A DNA stretch of 63,465 bases, counting the filler. It is 7 parts of 7 records of this genome, joined end to end, with 100 filler letters (N's around TTAATTAATTAA, not from the genome) between each part and the next. Parts side by side here need not be neighbours in the genome. Positions count along the whole stretch, not along the records: positions 1 to 14,039 come from SRR2962707_3717; 6 more parts are not named here. One strand, written 5' to 3'. The translations under genes and the position numbers were made by a program. Positions 1-10,307 of the stretch are shown here, in pieces (position 1 is the first letter of the stretch; the number at the start of each line of letters is the position of its first letter). The notes beneath the pieces were generated by a model. That model did not search any database and was not told the DNA's origin. It saw only the letters and a list, made by a program, of their open reading frames with translations.

Positions 1-518
1 GTCGGCTCGTCGAGCAGCAAGAGCTTCGGCTCGTTCATCAGCGCCATTGCAAACTCGAGCAGCTTCTGCTGACCGAAGCTGAGACTTCCCGCCCTGTCAT
101 CGCGTTTCTCGTAGAGACCGACGAATCCGAGAAGGTCGCCCGCGCGCCGGTTCGTGGCAGCGGGCACGGGCCGGAGCAGCGACAGCAGTCCGCCCTGCGC
201 CGCACGCGCGCTGATCGCCATGTTCTCGATGCAGGTCATGTCGTCATAGATGCGCGTCTGCTGATAGGTGCGGAGCAGTCCACGGCGCGCGATGGGCGCG
301 GAGCGGAGATGGCGGAGGGAGCGGCCCTCGAAAAGAATGTCGCCTTGATCGACGGCGTGCGCGCCCGCAATGCAGCCGAACAGCGTGGTCTTGCCGGACC
401 CGTTCGGCCCGATCAGCCCCGCGATCTCGCCTTGTCTCACGGTGAGCGAGACACCTTCGTTCGCGACGACGCCGCCGAAGCGCTTGCTGACGTTCTGCAC
501 ATCGAGAAGGAGCGTCAT
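1..518 (-). CDS. livG: Branched-chain amino acid type ABC transporter ATP-binding protein (LivG-like), truncated at window edge
   Basis: Manual translation from ATG 518 (ATGA overlap with upstream permease stop): MTLLLDVQNVSKRFGGVVAN...; Walker A GPNGSGKTT, signature LSFGQQKLLE, Walker B LLLLDEP. Not in the ORF track because it has no stop in the window. Confidence 0.9.
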   Translation of the reverse strand, partial: MTLLLDVQNVSKRFGGVVANEGVSLTVRQGEIAGLIGPNGSGKTTLFGCIAGAHAVDQGDILFEGRSLRHLRSAPIARRGLLRTYQQTRIYDDMTCIENMAISARAAQGGLLSLLRPVPAATNRRAGDLLGFVGLYEKRDDRAGSLSFGQQKLLEFAMALMNEPKLLLLDEP

Positions 519-1468
519 GAGTTCGCCTCCGCTCGCGCGCGGCGTTCGGCGATCCAGCCCATGATGCCCTGCGGGAAAAAGACAACGATGACGACGATAA
601 GAAAACCGAGCGCGACGCGCTGCCAGCCGAGCAGATAGGTCCAGAAGAGTTCCTGCGTGACATGGAAGACGAAGGCACCGAGCACGGGCCCCCACAGCGT
701 GCCCTTGCCGCCGAGGATCGCCATCAGCACCATCCAGACACCGAAGGTCGCGCCCGCAAAGGCAACGTCGCGCGGATCGATGAAGCCGATCATGTTGGCG
801 GCGAGCCCGCCGGAGATGGCGAGGAAGAAGGCGGACAGCGCCCAGGCGAAAATCTTGATCTGCGTGGTCCGCAAGCCCATCGCATCCGCCTTGTCATGAT
901 CGTCGCGGATCGCATTCAAGGCGAGGCCGAAGCGCGTGGCATAGACCGCACGGCAGACGAGAAAGCAGATCGCGGCGAGCGCGAAGAGCGAATAGCAGAA
1001 GAAGAGTTCGCGCGCGCCGAGTTCTCCCGGATAAAGCGGCAGCGCCATGCCGGACCCGGCGCCGACATAATCCCACCCCGCCGCGACTTCGCCTGCCGCA
1101 ATGCCGAGGCCGAGCGTGCCGATGGCGAAATAGTGCCCGCGAATGCCGAGCATGGCCGCGCCGAAAATGACGGCGGCGAGGACGCCCAGAACCGCGCCCG
1201 CGAGAAGCCCGAGCGCGAGCCCCTCGAAATAGGGAAGCCCCATATCGCGCTGCACGACGGCGGCGGCGTAGCAGCCGATACCGAAGAAGACGATGTTGCC
1301 GAAGGAATTGTAGCCCATGCGGCCGCCCAGCATGTCCCAGGTGAGGGCGAAGACGACCATGAGCCAGAGAAAGGCGATCTGCGTCTCAAGCCCGGGCAAG
1401 AGAAAGGGCCCCGCGATGCCGAAAAGTGCGAGGGCGGCCATGACATGCCAGTCCTTCACCGCGCTCAT
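515..1468 (-). CDS. livM: Branched-chain amino acid ABC transporter permease (LivM-like)
   Basis: Hydrophobic; GYNSFGNIVFFGIG, IRGHYFAIGTL, ILGGKGTLWGPVLGA motifs; operon context. Confidence 0.88.
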   Translation of the reverse strand: MSAVKDWHVMAALALFGIAGPFLLPGLETQIAFLWLMVVFALTWDMLGGRMGYNSFGNIVFFGIGCYAAAVVQRDMGLPYFEGLALGLLAGAVLGVLAAVIFGAAMLGIRGHYFAIGTLGLGIAAGEVAAGWDYVGAGSGMALPLYPGELGARELFFCYSLFALAAICFLVCRAVYATRFGLALNAIRDDHDKADAMGLRTTQIKIFAWALSAFFLAISGGLAANMIGFIDPRDVAFAGATFGVWMVLMAILGGKGTLWGPVLGAFVFHVTQELFWTYLLGWQRVALGFLIVVIVVFFPQGIMGWIAERRARAEANS

Positions 1469-2367
1469 TCGAGATAGCTCCGCTTGCGCGCGGCCTTCGC
1501 GTTCCGCCAGACGAGAATGACGACCATGAGCGCGAAGACAAAAGCGATCTGAAATTCGACGCCGAAGACGAAGCCCGCCACGTTTTCAAGCGCACCGAGG
1601 CCGAGCCCGGCGGCGACGACGCCCGCGACATTGCCGACGCCCGCGACCACCACGACCATGAAGGAGCGAACCGTGTAGGGAAGCCCGACATAGGGGTGGA
1701 TGGTCCAGGCCATGACGGCGAGGCTGCCCGCCGCGCCGCAAAGCGCCGCGTTGAGCGCATAGGTCATGGCGAAGACGCGGTCCGTGTCGATACCGAGAAT
1801 GCGGGCGGCACGGGGGTCCTGCGCGGTGGCGCGAATCGCTTGACCGAGCCGGGCTTTACGGAGAAAGAACCAGAGCGCCCCGCCCGCGCCGAGCGCCAGC
1901 ACGAAAGCGAGGAGCTTGATGCCTGCAAGCGTCACCGCGCCGCCGAGAAGATGGAGCGAGCCGAGATCGGCATCGACGGTGCGAACGTCGGAACCGAACA
2001 GCGCATTCGCAAGCTGCTGGATCAGGATCGACAGGCCGAAGGTCGCGAGAATGGAAATGAAGATGTCGCGGTCGACCACGCGGAAGATGACGGCGCGGTA
2101 GATGAGCCAGCCGATGCAGAACATCGCCGCCGCCGACAGCGGCAAGCCGAGAAGCGGCGGCATGCCCCACTGTACGGCAACAAAGGTGATGTAGCCGCCG
2201 AGCACGACGAGTTCGCCCTGCACGACATTGACGATGTTGAGCACGCCCCAGACAAGCGCCATGCCATAGGCGGCGAGCGCAAAGATCGCGCCGATCAGAA
2301 GCCCGTTCAGGATGACATCGAGCGCGAGCGGCGGGTACTGGACGAAAAGCGACAGATTATCGAGCAC
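1465..2367 (-). CDS. livH: Branched-chain amino acid ABC transporter permease (LivH-like)
   Basis: LNGLLIGAIFALAAYGMALVWGVLNIVN and LGQAIRATAQDPRAARILGI motifs; GTG start. Confidence 0.88.
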   Translation of the reverse strand: MLDNLSLFVQYPPLALDVILNGLLIGAIFALAAYGMALVWGVLNIVNVVQGELVVLGGYITFVAVQWGMPPLLGLPLSAAAMFCIGWLIYRAVIFRVVDRDIFISILATFGLSILIQQLANALFGSDVRTVDADLGSLHLLGGAVTLAGIKLLAFVLALGAGGALWFFLRKARLGQAIRATAQDPRAARILGIDTDRVFAMTYALNAALCGAAGSLAVMAWTIHPYVGLPYTVRSFMVVVVAGVGNVAGVVAAGLGLGALENVAGFVFGVEFQIAFVFALMVVILVWRNAKAARKRSYLE

Positions 2368-2385
2368 GGCTTCCTTTCCGGCGCG

Positions 2386-3600
2386 TCAGCGGTCCGGCCA
2401 CGCGGGCGTCGGCCAGAGGAATTCGGCTTCCGCAAATTCCTGCGGATAGACGACGACATATTTGCCGTCCTGCACCTGGAAAAGAACCGTCGGCTTCGAC
2501 ACGTTCTTGCCCGTCTCGTCGAAGCTGATGGGCCCGTAGAAAGTCTTCATGTCGATTTGGGAAAGCGCATCGCGCACCGCATCGGACTCAAGCGAACCCG
2601 CCCGCGCGAAAGCATCGGCAAAAACCTGTACCGCCGCACTCGACTCCGCCGCCTGATAGGGCGCGGCGTGGTCGTAGGTTTCCTCATACAACGCGGCATA
2701 GTCGGACGCGCTGCCGAAAAGCTCGTCCTCGTATTTCAGGGTCGACGCCCATTGCGCGGCGCAGAGCGTGTATTCGGCGGCGGCGCCGAACTTCTCCGCA
2801 ATCTGCGCGCTGTCGCAATGCGTGAGCGCCATCATCGGAAGGCTCAGGCGCTGGTCCGCGACCTGGCGGACGGCGAGCGCCGCGCCCTTGTCATGACCCG
2901 AGACGAGAAGCAGGTCGGGCTTCAGCACCTTCGCCTTCGAAAGCGTCGCCGACATGTCATTGAGTTCGGGCGGCAGTTTGTCGTCGATCACGACCTTCAT
3001 GCCGTATTTCGCCGCATCCTCCATGACGCCCTCGCGGACATCCTGCGAGAAGGGATCGTTTTCGAAGACCATGGCGACGCGGAGTTTCGAGGGGTCTTCG
3101 TTCACCGTCGCGGCAAGCTCGACCGCGCCGCGCAAATATTGGTCGGTGGTGGAAAGCACCGCGAAGAGATAGCGGTAGCCCTTGCGGAAGAGCGAGACGG
3201 CGGCGCCGTTCGCTTCGACCATGGGGACGCCATATTTTTCGGTGACGGGGGCAATCGCTTCGGTGAGGCCGGAGGAATAGGGCCCGAGCAGATATTTGAC
3301 GCCGTCCTGCCGGATCAGCCGTTCGACAAGCTGCGCACCGCGCGCGGGCGTCGACTCATCGTCGTAATAGACGATTTCGAGCAGGTAGGGCTTGCCCGCG
3401 ACGGTGACGCCGCCCTCCTCGTTGATGCGCTTCACGGCGAGGTCGTAGCCATTGCGGGTGAAGGCGCCGTTCGAGGAATATTTTCCTGTGAGGGAGACGG
3501 CCGCACCGAGCCGGATCGTGCCGGGCTCTTCTGCATGGGCCTGCGCGCCGAAGACCAGCATGGCGCCAAGAACCAGCCCGCAAACCAAGCCCTTCATCAT
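2386..3600 (-). CDS. Amino acid ABC transporter substrate-binding protein (LivK/Leu-Ile-Val family)
   Basis: Start reassigned to ATG 3600 (GAGGGGGAGA RBS, signal peptide MMKGLVCGLVLGAMLVFGAQAHA); IRLGAAVSLTG, YYDDES, LLGPYSSG motifs. Confidence 0.88.
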   Translation of the reverse strand: MMKGLVCGLVLGAMLVFGAQAHAEEPGTIRLGAAVSLTGKYSSNGAFTRNGYDLAVKRINEEGGVTVAGKPYLLEIVYYDDESTPARGAQLVERLIRQDGVKYLLGPYSSGLTEAIAPVTEKYGVPMVEANGAAVSLFRKGYRYLFAVLSTTDQYLRGAVELAATVNEDPSKLRVAMVFENDPFSQDVREGVMEDAAKYGMKVVIDDKLPPELNDMSATLSKAKVLKPDLLLVSGHDKGAALAVRQVADQRLSLPMMALTHCDSAQIAEKFGAAAEYTLCAAQWASTLKYEDELFGSASDYAALYEETYDHAAPYQAAESSAAVQVFADAFARAGSLESDAVRDALSQIDMKTFYGPISFDETGKNVSKPTVLFQVQDGKYVVVYPQEFAEAEFLWPTPAWPDR

Positions 3601-3653
3601 TCTCCCCCTCTGAAATCCGCCTGAAGCCGCCGCTTTCGAGACCTTATACCCAT

Positions 3654-3683
3654 CTTGAACGGTGAAAGCGAAATTCCCAAATA
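3654..3683 (+). promoter_or_regulatory. Sigma32 (RpoH)-type heat-shock promoter of ibpA
   Basis: CTTGAA (3654-3659), 16 nt spacer, CCCAAATA (3676-3683); matches the RpoH consensus upstream of a small HSP gene. Confidence 0.75.
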
Positions 3684-3685
3684 AC

Positions 3686-3797
3686 CCGGTGCAGGACGCC
3701 GTGAACTCGGGTCCGGCAAGGGAAGCAGCGGCCGGCCACATGGCGGCAGCAGCGCCTCCCATGGACAAACACATCGCTTGAAGAGGATGTACCCATG
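3686..3797 (+). ncRNA. ROSE-type RNA thermometer in ibpA 5' UTR
   Basis: Last hairpin ACAUCGCU-UGAAG-AGGAUGU (3771-3790) pairs UCGCU (bulged G) with the AGGA Shine-Dalgarno; GC-rich hairpins upstream. Confidence 0.8.
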
Positions 3798-4259
3798 CGA
3801 ACTTTCGACTTTTCCCCCCTTTACCGTTCGACCGTCGGCTTCGATCAGCTCCAGTCGCTGCTCGATTCCGTGACGCGCGACACGAGCCCGGCCTATCCGC
3901 CCTACAATATCGAGCGGACCAGCGAGACCGATTACCGCATTACCGTGGCGGTGGCGGGCTTCGGCGAGGGCGATCTCGAGCTTGAGGTGAAGCAGAACGT
4001 GCTCACCATTTCCGGCAAACGCGAAGAGTCCGAGGACACGAATTACCTCCATCGAGGCATCGCGGGCAGGAGCTTCGAGCGCCGCTTCCAGCTTGCCGAC
4101 CATGTGGAAGTGAACGGTGCCCATCTCGAAAACGGGCTCCTTCATGTGGACCTCGTGCGCCGCGTGCCGGAAGAGCTGAAGCCGCGGCGGATCGAGATTT
4201 CCTCGAAGAATGCCGGTGTGAAAACGCTGGAAGGCAATCTCGCGGCCGCCGCCGACTAA
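3795..4259 (+). CDS. ibpA: Small heat shock protein (Hsp20, IbpA family)
   Basis: MRTFDFSPLYRSTVGFD, YPPYNIE, YLHRGIAGRSFERRFQLADHVEV, LENGLLHVDL. Confidence 0.95.
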   Translation: MRTFDFSPLYRSTVGFDQLQSLLDSVTRDTSPAYPPYNIERTSETDYRITVAVAGFGEGDLELEVKQNVLTISGKREESEDTNYLHRGIAGRSFERRFQLADHVEVNGAHLENGLLHVDLVRRVPEELKPRRIEISSKNAGVKTLEGNLAAAAD

Positions 4260-4282
4260 CGGCATCGAACGGTTCCGAAGCG

Positions 4283-4319
4283 AGGGGCGCCCTTTTCCGT
4301 TGAGGGGGGCGCCCCTTTT
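4283..4319. terminator. Intrinsic terminator hairpin between convergent ibpA and pat-like gene
   Basis: AGGGGCGCCC...GGGCGCCCCT inverted repeat followed by a T run. Confidence 0.75.
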
Positions 4320-4325
4320 GCATGC

Positions 4326-7007
4326 CTATTCGATGGCAAGCCGCGTTTCGACAATCGAGGGATCGCCGTCGATGGCGTGACGGGTAAAGCCGAGATCGTC
4401 GCACATGCTGAGCATGCCCCGGTTCTCGCGCAGCACATGGCCGAAGATTTCGCCGATGCCGCGCGTCTTTGCATAGGCGATCAGTTTCTGCATCAGCGCA
4501 TAGCCGAGTCCGTGGCCGTGTAGATCGCTGCGGACGATGATCGCGAATTCCGCGCGCTCGCGGTTCGGGTCTTCGGAGAGGCGGCCGACCGCGGCAAACT
4601 CCTTGCGGCTGTCATCGGTGAAGACGACGAAGGCCATCTCGCGGTCATAGTCGATCTGAGTGAGACGCGCGGCGAGCTGGCGCGGCAGCTTGCGGAGCGG
4701 CGAGAGGAAGCGCAGCCGAACATCCTCAGGGTCGGTATGCGCGAGAAGCTCGTCGGTGAGCGGCGCATCTTCCGGCCGGATCGGCCGCAGCGGATAGGCG
4801 CGGCCATCCCGGTCCTCGATCTCTCCTTCGAGCGAAACCGGATAGGGCCGGATCGCGAAGCGCGCCGTGCCCTTGCTTTTGGCAGGCACGATGCGGACAC
4901 GCGCATCGAGCGCGACGACGCCGTCGCCATCCGCCCAGAGCGGGTTGATATCAAGCTCGGCGACTTCCGGGTTATCGGCGGCGAGGTCGCCAAGCGCCAT
5001 CAGCGCATGGGAAATGGCGGCGCGGTCTGCAGGCGTGTGATCGCGATAGCCTTCAAGGAGACGCGCAACCCGCGTCCGCGAGATGAGGTCGTCGGCCAGC
5101 ACCTTGTTGAGCGGCGGCAACGCCATCGCCTTGTCCCGGATGACCTCGACCGCCGTGCCGCCTTGCCCGAACAGGATGACCGGCCCGAATGTGGCGTCAT
5201 CCACGATGCCGAGAATGAGTTCAAAGGCATCGGGCTTGCGCATCATCTGCTGCACGGTGAAACCGTCGATATCGGCACCCGGATGGAACCGCGCCACGCG
5301 CGACAGCATGCGCGACGCCGCTTCCGACACGGCTTCCGCATTATCGAGACCAAGCGCAACGCCACCGACATCGCTTTTGTGGGTGATGTCGTGAGAGAGA
5401 ATCTTGAGTGCGACGGGGTAGCCGAGTTCGTCAGCCACTTTCGCCGCTTCCGCGCCCGACGAGACCGTTCGCGTGTCGACCACGGGAATGCCATAGGCGG
5501 CGAGGAGATGCTTCGCCTCGGCCTCGCTCAGCCATTCGCGCTTTTCGGCGAGCGCGGTTTCGACAAGCGCACGGGCGGTCTTGAGGTCGTGCTCGGGCCG
5601 GGCGGGGCCTGCCTCGGGAATTTCGAGAAGGAGCCGCTGGTTCCTGTTGTGCCGGACATGGAGCATGAAGGCGCGCACCGCACCTGTCGGCGTGTCATAG
5701 GTCGGGATGCGATGTTCCTGGAAGGCGGCGCGGGCATCGCGCGCGCCCTTGTCGCCGAGCCAGTTGGTGAAGACGGGCTTGTTGGAGGCCTCCGCCTTCT
5801 CGATGACGGCATGGGCCGCGGAGAGATTGTTCACGACCGCCGTCGGGCAGTTCATGACGAGGATCGCGTCCGTGCCCTTGTCCTTCAGCAAGGCCTCCAT
5901 GCCGTGTGCGTAGCGCGCGGCATCGGCATCGCCGATGATGTCGACGGGGTTTGCCTTGCTCCATGTGCGCGGCAGGACCTCGTCGAGCGCGGCGATGGTT
6001 TCATCCGAAATCTCCGCGAGACGGCCTCCTTCATCGACAAGGAAGTCCGTCGCGAGAACGCCGACGCCACCGCCATTGGTGAGAATGCCGAGCCTGTCGC
6101 CGAGAATGGGGCGGCGCTCGGAACGCGCGGACAGGGTTTCCACCGCCTCGAACAGATCCTCGATGCCGAGCTCGCGCAGCATGCCCGCGCGGCGGAAGGC
6201 CGCCTGATAGACGGCATCGGAGCCCGCCAGTGCGCCGGTATGCGAGGCGGCGGCCTTGGCACCCGCTTCGTGGCGGCCGGACTTGATGACGATGACGGGC
6301 TTCAGGCGCGCGGCGCGCCGGCCCGCCGACATGAACTTTCGCGCATCGGAGATGCTCTCGATATAGAGAAGGATGCTCTTCGTCTGCGGATCAGCAGCGA
6401 GATAGTCGAGCATGTCGCCAAAATCGATGTCCGACATGCCGCCGAGCGAGGCGATGTGGGAAAAGCCGATGCCCCGGCTGGTCGCCCAGTCGAGCACGGC
6501 GGTGACAATGGCGCCCGATTGCGAGACGAAGGCGACATTGCCCTTCTCCGGCTGGACATGGCCGAAGGACGCATTGAGCCCGTTGCCCGGCGCCATGATG
6601 CCGAGACAATTGGGACCGGCGATCCGCAGAAGATGGGGCTTCGCGGCTTCGAGCATCTTCGCCTGCAGCGCCCGCCCCTCGTCACCAAGCTCGCCGAAGC
6701 CCGCCGTGATGACGATGGCGGCCCTGGTGCCGCGCTTGCCGAGTTCATCGATGAGGCCGGGCACCGTCTGCGGCGGCGTCGCAACGACCGCAAGATCGGG
6801 CGTCTCCGGCAGGCTCGCGACATCCTTGTGAACCTCAAGCCCCGCGATTTCGCCGCCCTTGGGATTGACCGCCCAGACGGGGCCGGCGAGCCCCGCGCCT
6901 GTGAGATTCCTCAAAAGCACGTTGCCGACGGAGCCCGCCCGGGCGCTGGCGCCGACAAGGGCGACGGAACGGGGGGCATACATACGGTCGAGATTGCGGA
7001 TCGACAT
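4326..7007 (-). CDS. Bifunctional NDP-forming acyl-CoA ligase-like / GNAT protein lysine acetyltransferase (Pat/YfiQ family)
   Basis: CoA-binding start (APRSVALVGAS), GPNCLG, SQSGA, ATP-grasp (PVALKILSHDITHKSDVGGV, ELDINPL), C-terminal GNAT (LTQIDYDREMAF, HGHGLG). Confidence 0.9.
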   Translation of the reverse strand: MSIRNLDRMYAPRSVALVGASARAGSVGNVLLRNLTGAGLAGPVWAVNPKGGEIAGLEVHKDVASLPETPDLAVVATPPQTVPGLIDELGKRGTRAAIVITAGFGELGDEGRALQAKMLEAAKPHLLRIAGPNCLGIMAPGNGLNASFGHVQPEKGNVAFVSQSGAIVTAVLDWATSRGIGFSHIASLGGMSDIDFGDMLDYLAADPQTKSILLYIESISDARKFMSAGRRAARLKPVIVIKSGRHEAGAKAAASHTGALAGSDAVYQAAFRRAGMLRELGIEDLFEAVETLSARSERRPILGDRLGILTNGGGVGVLATDFLVDEGGRLAEISDETIAALDEVLPRTWSKANPVDIIGDADAARYAHGMEALLKDKGTDAILVMNCPTAVVNNLSAAHAVIEKAEASNKPVFTNWLGDKGARDARAAFQEHRIPTYDTPTGAVRAFMLHVRHNRNQRLLLEIPEAGPARPEHDLKTARALVETALAEKREWLSEAEAKHLLAAYGIPVVDTRTVSSGAEAAKVADELGYPVALKILSHDITHKSDVGGVALGLDNAEAVSEAASRMLSRVARFHPGADIDGFTVQQMMRKPDAFELILGIVDDATFGPVILFGQGGTAVEVIRDKAMALPPLNKVLADDLISRTRVARLLEGYRDHTPADRAAISHALMALGDLAADNPEVAELDINPLWADGDGVVALDARVRIVPAKSKGTARFAIRPYPVSLEGEIEDRDGRAYPLRPIRPEDAPLTDELLAHTDPEDVRLRFLSPLRKLPRQLAARLTQIDYDREMAFVVFTDDSRKEFAAVGRLSEDPNRERAEFAIIVRSDLHGHGLGYALMQKLIAYAKTRGIGEIFGHVLRENRGMLSMCDDLGFTRHAIDGDPSIVETRLAIE

Positions 7008-7158
7008 TTTGATTACCTCGGAATGGCCTCTCTCTGGACCCTAGGCGGCAATTGCCACCGGCGCATGTCCGCCGAATGCCGCATTTGGGCCTCTCGCTGT
7101 CAAGCAGTTGAAATTAATGCAAAATTTCACATGAGGCGAAATTCACCGAAATCCCGAT

Positions 7159-7175
7159 TTAGGCACCTCTTAACC
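7159..7175 (+). promoter_or_regulatory. Candidate CtrA binding site upstream of the hybrid kinase
   Basis: TTAG-GCACCTC-TTAACC versus consensus TTAA-N7-TTAAC (one mismatch). Confidence 0.5.
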
Positions 7176-7280
7176 CTCCGCCTGTTATGAAATTCGAACA
7201 TCCGAAAGGGTGGGGAGGGGGCCTGCCGGGCCCCGCACACATTGCTGGCCGGAGCATCCTCCGGCGGGAACGACGGGAAC

Positions 7281-9815
7281 ATGCGCGACTTCGCCCGTGC
7301 ATTCGATATCGACCGCCTGCGCTCGCTTGTCGGGCCGACGGCGCGCGATCTCGCGCTGAAGATGTGCTTGCTGCTGCTGGTCCTTATCGGCGCGCAATCC
7401 TTCGTCGATTATTACCAGCTTCGCGACGTCATGTTTTCCAAGGTCGAGCAGCGCGCGGCCGCGATCAGCGGCCATCTCTCGATGCGCTCGAAACTCGACC
7501 ACGACTTCAACGCCGAAGAAGCCGCGCAAGCCGTCACCCGCGAAGCGATCTGGAACGACGAGTTCCTCGCAGTCTATCTGATCGATCAATCGGGCCGGCT
7601 GCTGAAAGGCGACGAGACCTCGCTTCTCGGCAACACCGATACATTCCTGAACGATCCCGATGTCCGCACCGCCATTAACGCGAGCCTGCTGCTGGAACGG
7701 CCGCAGAGTTTCGCGATGACATTCGCAGACATCGACGGCTGGGTTTATGCGGCCAGCATTCCAGGAGAGAACCTCGGCACGATCACATTTGTCGATCTGC
7801 GCCCTGCCCGCGCGGAACTGAGGGCCTCCATCCTCGCCTCGGTACTCCGCCGCGCCCTGACGACGATCATTCTGATGGGCGCGCTTTTCGTGCTGCTGCA
7901 CCGCGCCGTCATCCACCCCATCGAACGCCTTGCCACCGCGATCCGCAGCAGTGGCAGAGGCCGCTTCGATCCACCGGCGGGCATTCCGAAAGGCGAATTG
8001 AGCGACCTCTCGCAGCTTTTCGGGCAGGTGTTCGGCCGCCTGCAATACAGCCTGCGCGACAATGAACAGCTCGCCCTCGTTGCGAACGGCACGAATTCCG
8101 GCGTGCTGATCGCCGACCGTGCGGGCTGCATTCTCTGGGTGAACGCCTCCTATCTCCGTATGACCGGCTTCGACCGCACCGACATCGAGGGCCGCTTTCC
8201 ACCCGACATTCTTGCGCGCTTCGGCGGCATCGGCGCGATGAAGATACTCGCCGAGAGCGCGGCGGATGGCGAGGCGCGGATCGTCGAGACGATCAGCCTC
8301 ACCCGGCAAGGGACGCAATACTGGGCATCGATCGAAGCCCGCCCGATCCGCGACACGCGCGGCGCGATCCGCAACTACATCCTCGTCGAAACGGACATCA
8401 GCCAGCGCAAGCAAACCGAAATCAAACTGAAGCGCAGCCAGCTCGAATTGCAGGACCGCGTCATCGACCTGCAGCACACGTCAATCCAGCTCGAACAGGA
8501 GCGCGCGAAACTCGCCCGCACCGCCTACGACCTGTCGCTCGCCAAGGAAGCGGCGGAAAACGCCAACCGCGCCAAGTCCGCTTTCCTCGCGACCATGAGC
8601 CACGAGCTGCGCACGCCGATGAACGGCGTGATCGGCATGGCCGACCTCATGCTGTCGAGCGACCTCACCGCCGAGCAGCGCGACCGCATCTCGACCATCC
8701 GTGAATCGGGCGAATGCCTGCTGACGATCCTGAACGACATTCTCGACCTGTCTAAACTGGAGGCCGGACGCCTCGAACTCGAACCGGAGCCGACATCGCC
8801 GCGCGCCATTCTCGAAACCGTGGTCGAGGTTCTCCGCGCCAATGCCACCGAGAAGGGGCTGGTGCTGACGAAGCAGGTTCAGGGAGAGATTCCGCGGAGC
8901 GTCATGAGCGATCCGACGCGGCTGCGCCAGATCCTGTTCAACCTTGTCGGCAATGCGATCAAGTTCACGCCGCGCGGCGAGGTCTGCGTTTCTCTCGCCA
9001 CCCGCCCGCTGGCGGAACCCGGCCGCGTCGAGCTTGTCTTCACCATTCGCGACACCGGCATCGGCATTCCTGAAGCCATGATCCCGCGCCTCTTCACGCG
9101 CTTCCAGCAGGCCGACTCGTCGATCTCGCGGACCTATGGCGGCACAGGGCTCGGCCTTGCCATCACGCGCGAACTGGCGACGCTGATGGAAGGCACTGTC
9201 GACGTTGAAAGCACGGAAGGCGAAGGCAGCACCTTCACGCTCCGCCTGCCGGTCGTGATCGCGACGGCGGTAGCGCAACCGCAAGCCGCCGCTGAAAGCC
9301 TGCCTGCCGTCACCGCGCCTCAGAAGCCGCTCGATGTGCTGCTGGCGGAAGACCAGCCGGTCAACCAGAAGCTCATGTCGGCGGTCATGGAGCGCCTCGG
9401 CCACCGCCTCACCATCGCCGGGAACGGCGTGGAGGCGATCCGCAAGCTCCGCGAAGCGCATTTCGACATCGTGCTGATGGATATTCAGATGCCGCTCATG
9501 GATGGGATCCAGACGACGAAGGTGATCCGCGCCTTCGACGAACCCTGGCGCGACATTCCGATCGTCGCGCTGACCGCGCATGCCATGGAAGGCCACAGCG
9601 ACATTTATCTCGCGGCCGGCATGAACGGTTTCGTCTCCAAGCCCTTCAAGGTCGAGGCGCTGGTTTCGGAAATCGCGAAGGTGATGTCGGGTACCGCCAC
9701 GCCGCGCAGGGTGCAGGAAGCCGGTGCGATGCACGGCACCGCCGCACCGAAAGAAACGGCGAAGCAGCATGCCTTGAGGGAAATGCTGGACGAACTTCAG
9801 CGGATGACAGGATAG
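7281..9815 (+). CDS. Membrane-bound hybrid sensor histidine kinase (TM-HAMP-PAS-HisKA-HATPase-REC)
   Basis: Likely ATG 7281; two hydrophobic segments; PAS ([14 protein letters not shown]); H-box [16 protein letters not shown]-box [22 protein letters not shown]; receiver VLMDIQMP...SKP. Confidence 0.92.
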   Translation: MRDFARAFDIDRLRSLVGPTARDLALKMCLLLLVLIGAQSFVDYYQLRDVMFSKVEQRAAAISGHLSMRSKLDHDFNAEEAAQAVTREAIWNDEFLAVYLIDQSGRLLKGDETSLLGNTDTFLNDPDVRTAINASLLLERPQSFAMTFADIDGWVYAASIPGENLGTITFVDLRPARAELRASILASVLRRALTTIILMGALFVLLHRAVIHPIERLATAIRSSGRGRFDPPAGIPKGELSDLSQLFGQVFGRLQYSLRDNEQLALVANGTNSGVLIADRAGCILWVNASYLRMTGFDRTDIEGRFPPDILARFGGIGAMKILAESAADGEARIVETISLTRQGTQYWASIEARPIRDTRGAIRNYILVETDISQRKQTEIKLKRSQLELQDRVIDLQHTSIQLEQERAKLARTAYDLSLAKEAAENANRAKSAFLATMSHELRTPMNGVIGMADLMLSSDLTAEQRDRISTIRESGECLLTILNDILDLSKLEAGRLELEPEPTSPRAILETVVEVLRANATEKGLVLTKQVQGEIPRSVMSDPTRLRQILFNLVGNAIKFTPRGEVCVSLATRPLAEPGRVELVFTIRDTGIGIPEAMIPRLFTRFQQADSSISRTYGGTGLGLAITRELATLMEGTVDVESTEGEGSTFTLRLPVVIATAVAQPQAAAESLPAVTAPQKPLDVLLAEDQPVNQKLMSAVMERLGHRLTIAGNGVEAIRKLREAHFDIVLMDIQMPLMDGIQTTKVIRAFDEPWRDIPIVALTAHAMEGHSDIYLAAGMNGFVSKPFKVEALVSEIAKVMSGTATPRRVQEAGAMHGTAAPKETAKQHALREMLDELQRMTG

Positions 9816-9824
9816 GCCGGAAGG

Positions 9825-10250
9825 TCAATCGCCGGTCAGGGCGCGCAATTTCTCGATGATCCGTACACCCGTCTCGCCGCCATCGCCCGAAATATCGTCG
9901 TCGGACACGCGCTTGAGCATGCGGATATGCATGTGGACGATGTTGAGCTCTTCCGGCGAGACGCGCTCGCCGCTGCGCAGATAATCGCAGAAGGAAGCGC
10001 CGATATCGGTGACGAGGTCGTAGCCGAACGAACCGCCCTGTCCCTTGACGTTGTGCGCGACGCCGTGAAGCTCGGTGAGGAGATCGGCGGACACGCCCTC
10101 GGCCTCGACCCGGGCCCAGATATCGCAAAGCTGCCCGACATCCTCCGAAAGCTGAACGCGATAGGTGTCGCGAAGCGCCTCCACGGCGGCCTCGGCCTGC
10201 GCGATCAGTCTGTCGAAATCGGGTGCGTCGTCGTCTTTCGGAAATGCCAT
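9825..10250 (-). CDS. Stand-alone histidine phosphotransfer (Hpt) domain protein
   Basis: Start reassigned to ATG 10250 (MAFPKDD; GAGGTGGG RBS); Hpt motif LHGVAHNVKGQGGSFGY. Confidence 0.82.
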   Translation of the reverse strand: MAFPKDDDAPDFDRLIAQAEAAVEALRDTYRVQLSEDVGQLCDIWARVEAEGVSADLLTELHGVAHNVKGQGGSFGYDLVTDIGASFCDYLRSGERVSPEELNIVHMHIRMLKRVSDDDISGDGGETGVRIIEKLRALTGD

Positions 10251-10307
10251 ATCCCACCTCATGCCGGAAGCGGCACGATGCCTCTGCCCAAAGCGTAAGG
10301 GCGGCGC

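Noticed and set aside
244..678. 144-aa ORF suggesting a frameshifted livG
   Set aside because: The true livG frame from ATG 518 is uninterrupted to the window edge; this ORF is an off-frame overlap
4737..7190. 817-aa plus-strand ORF (also 1696-3624, 10165-11535 and 8481-9770)
   Set aside because: Antisense shadows of well-supported genes in high-GC DNA, with no recognisable motifs
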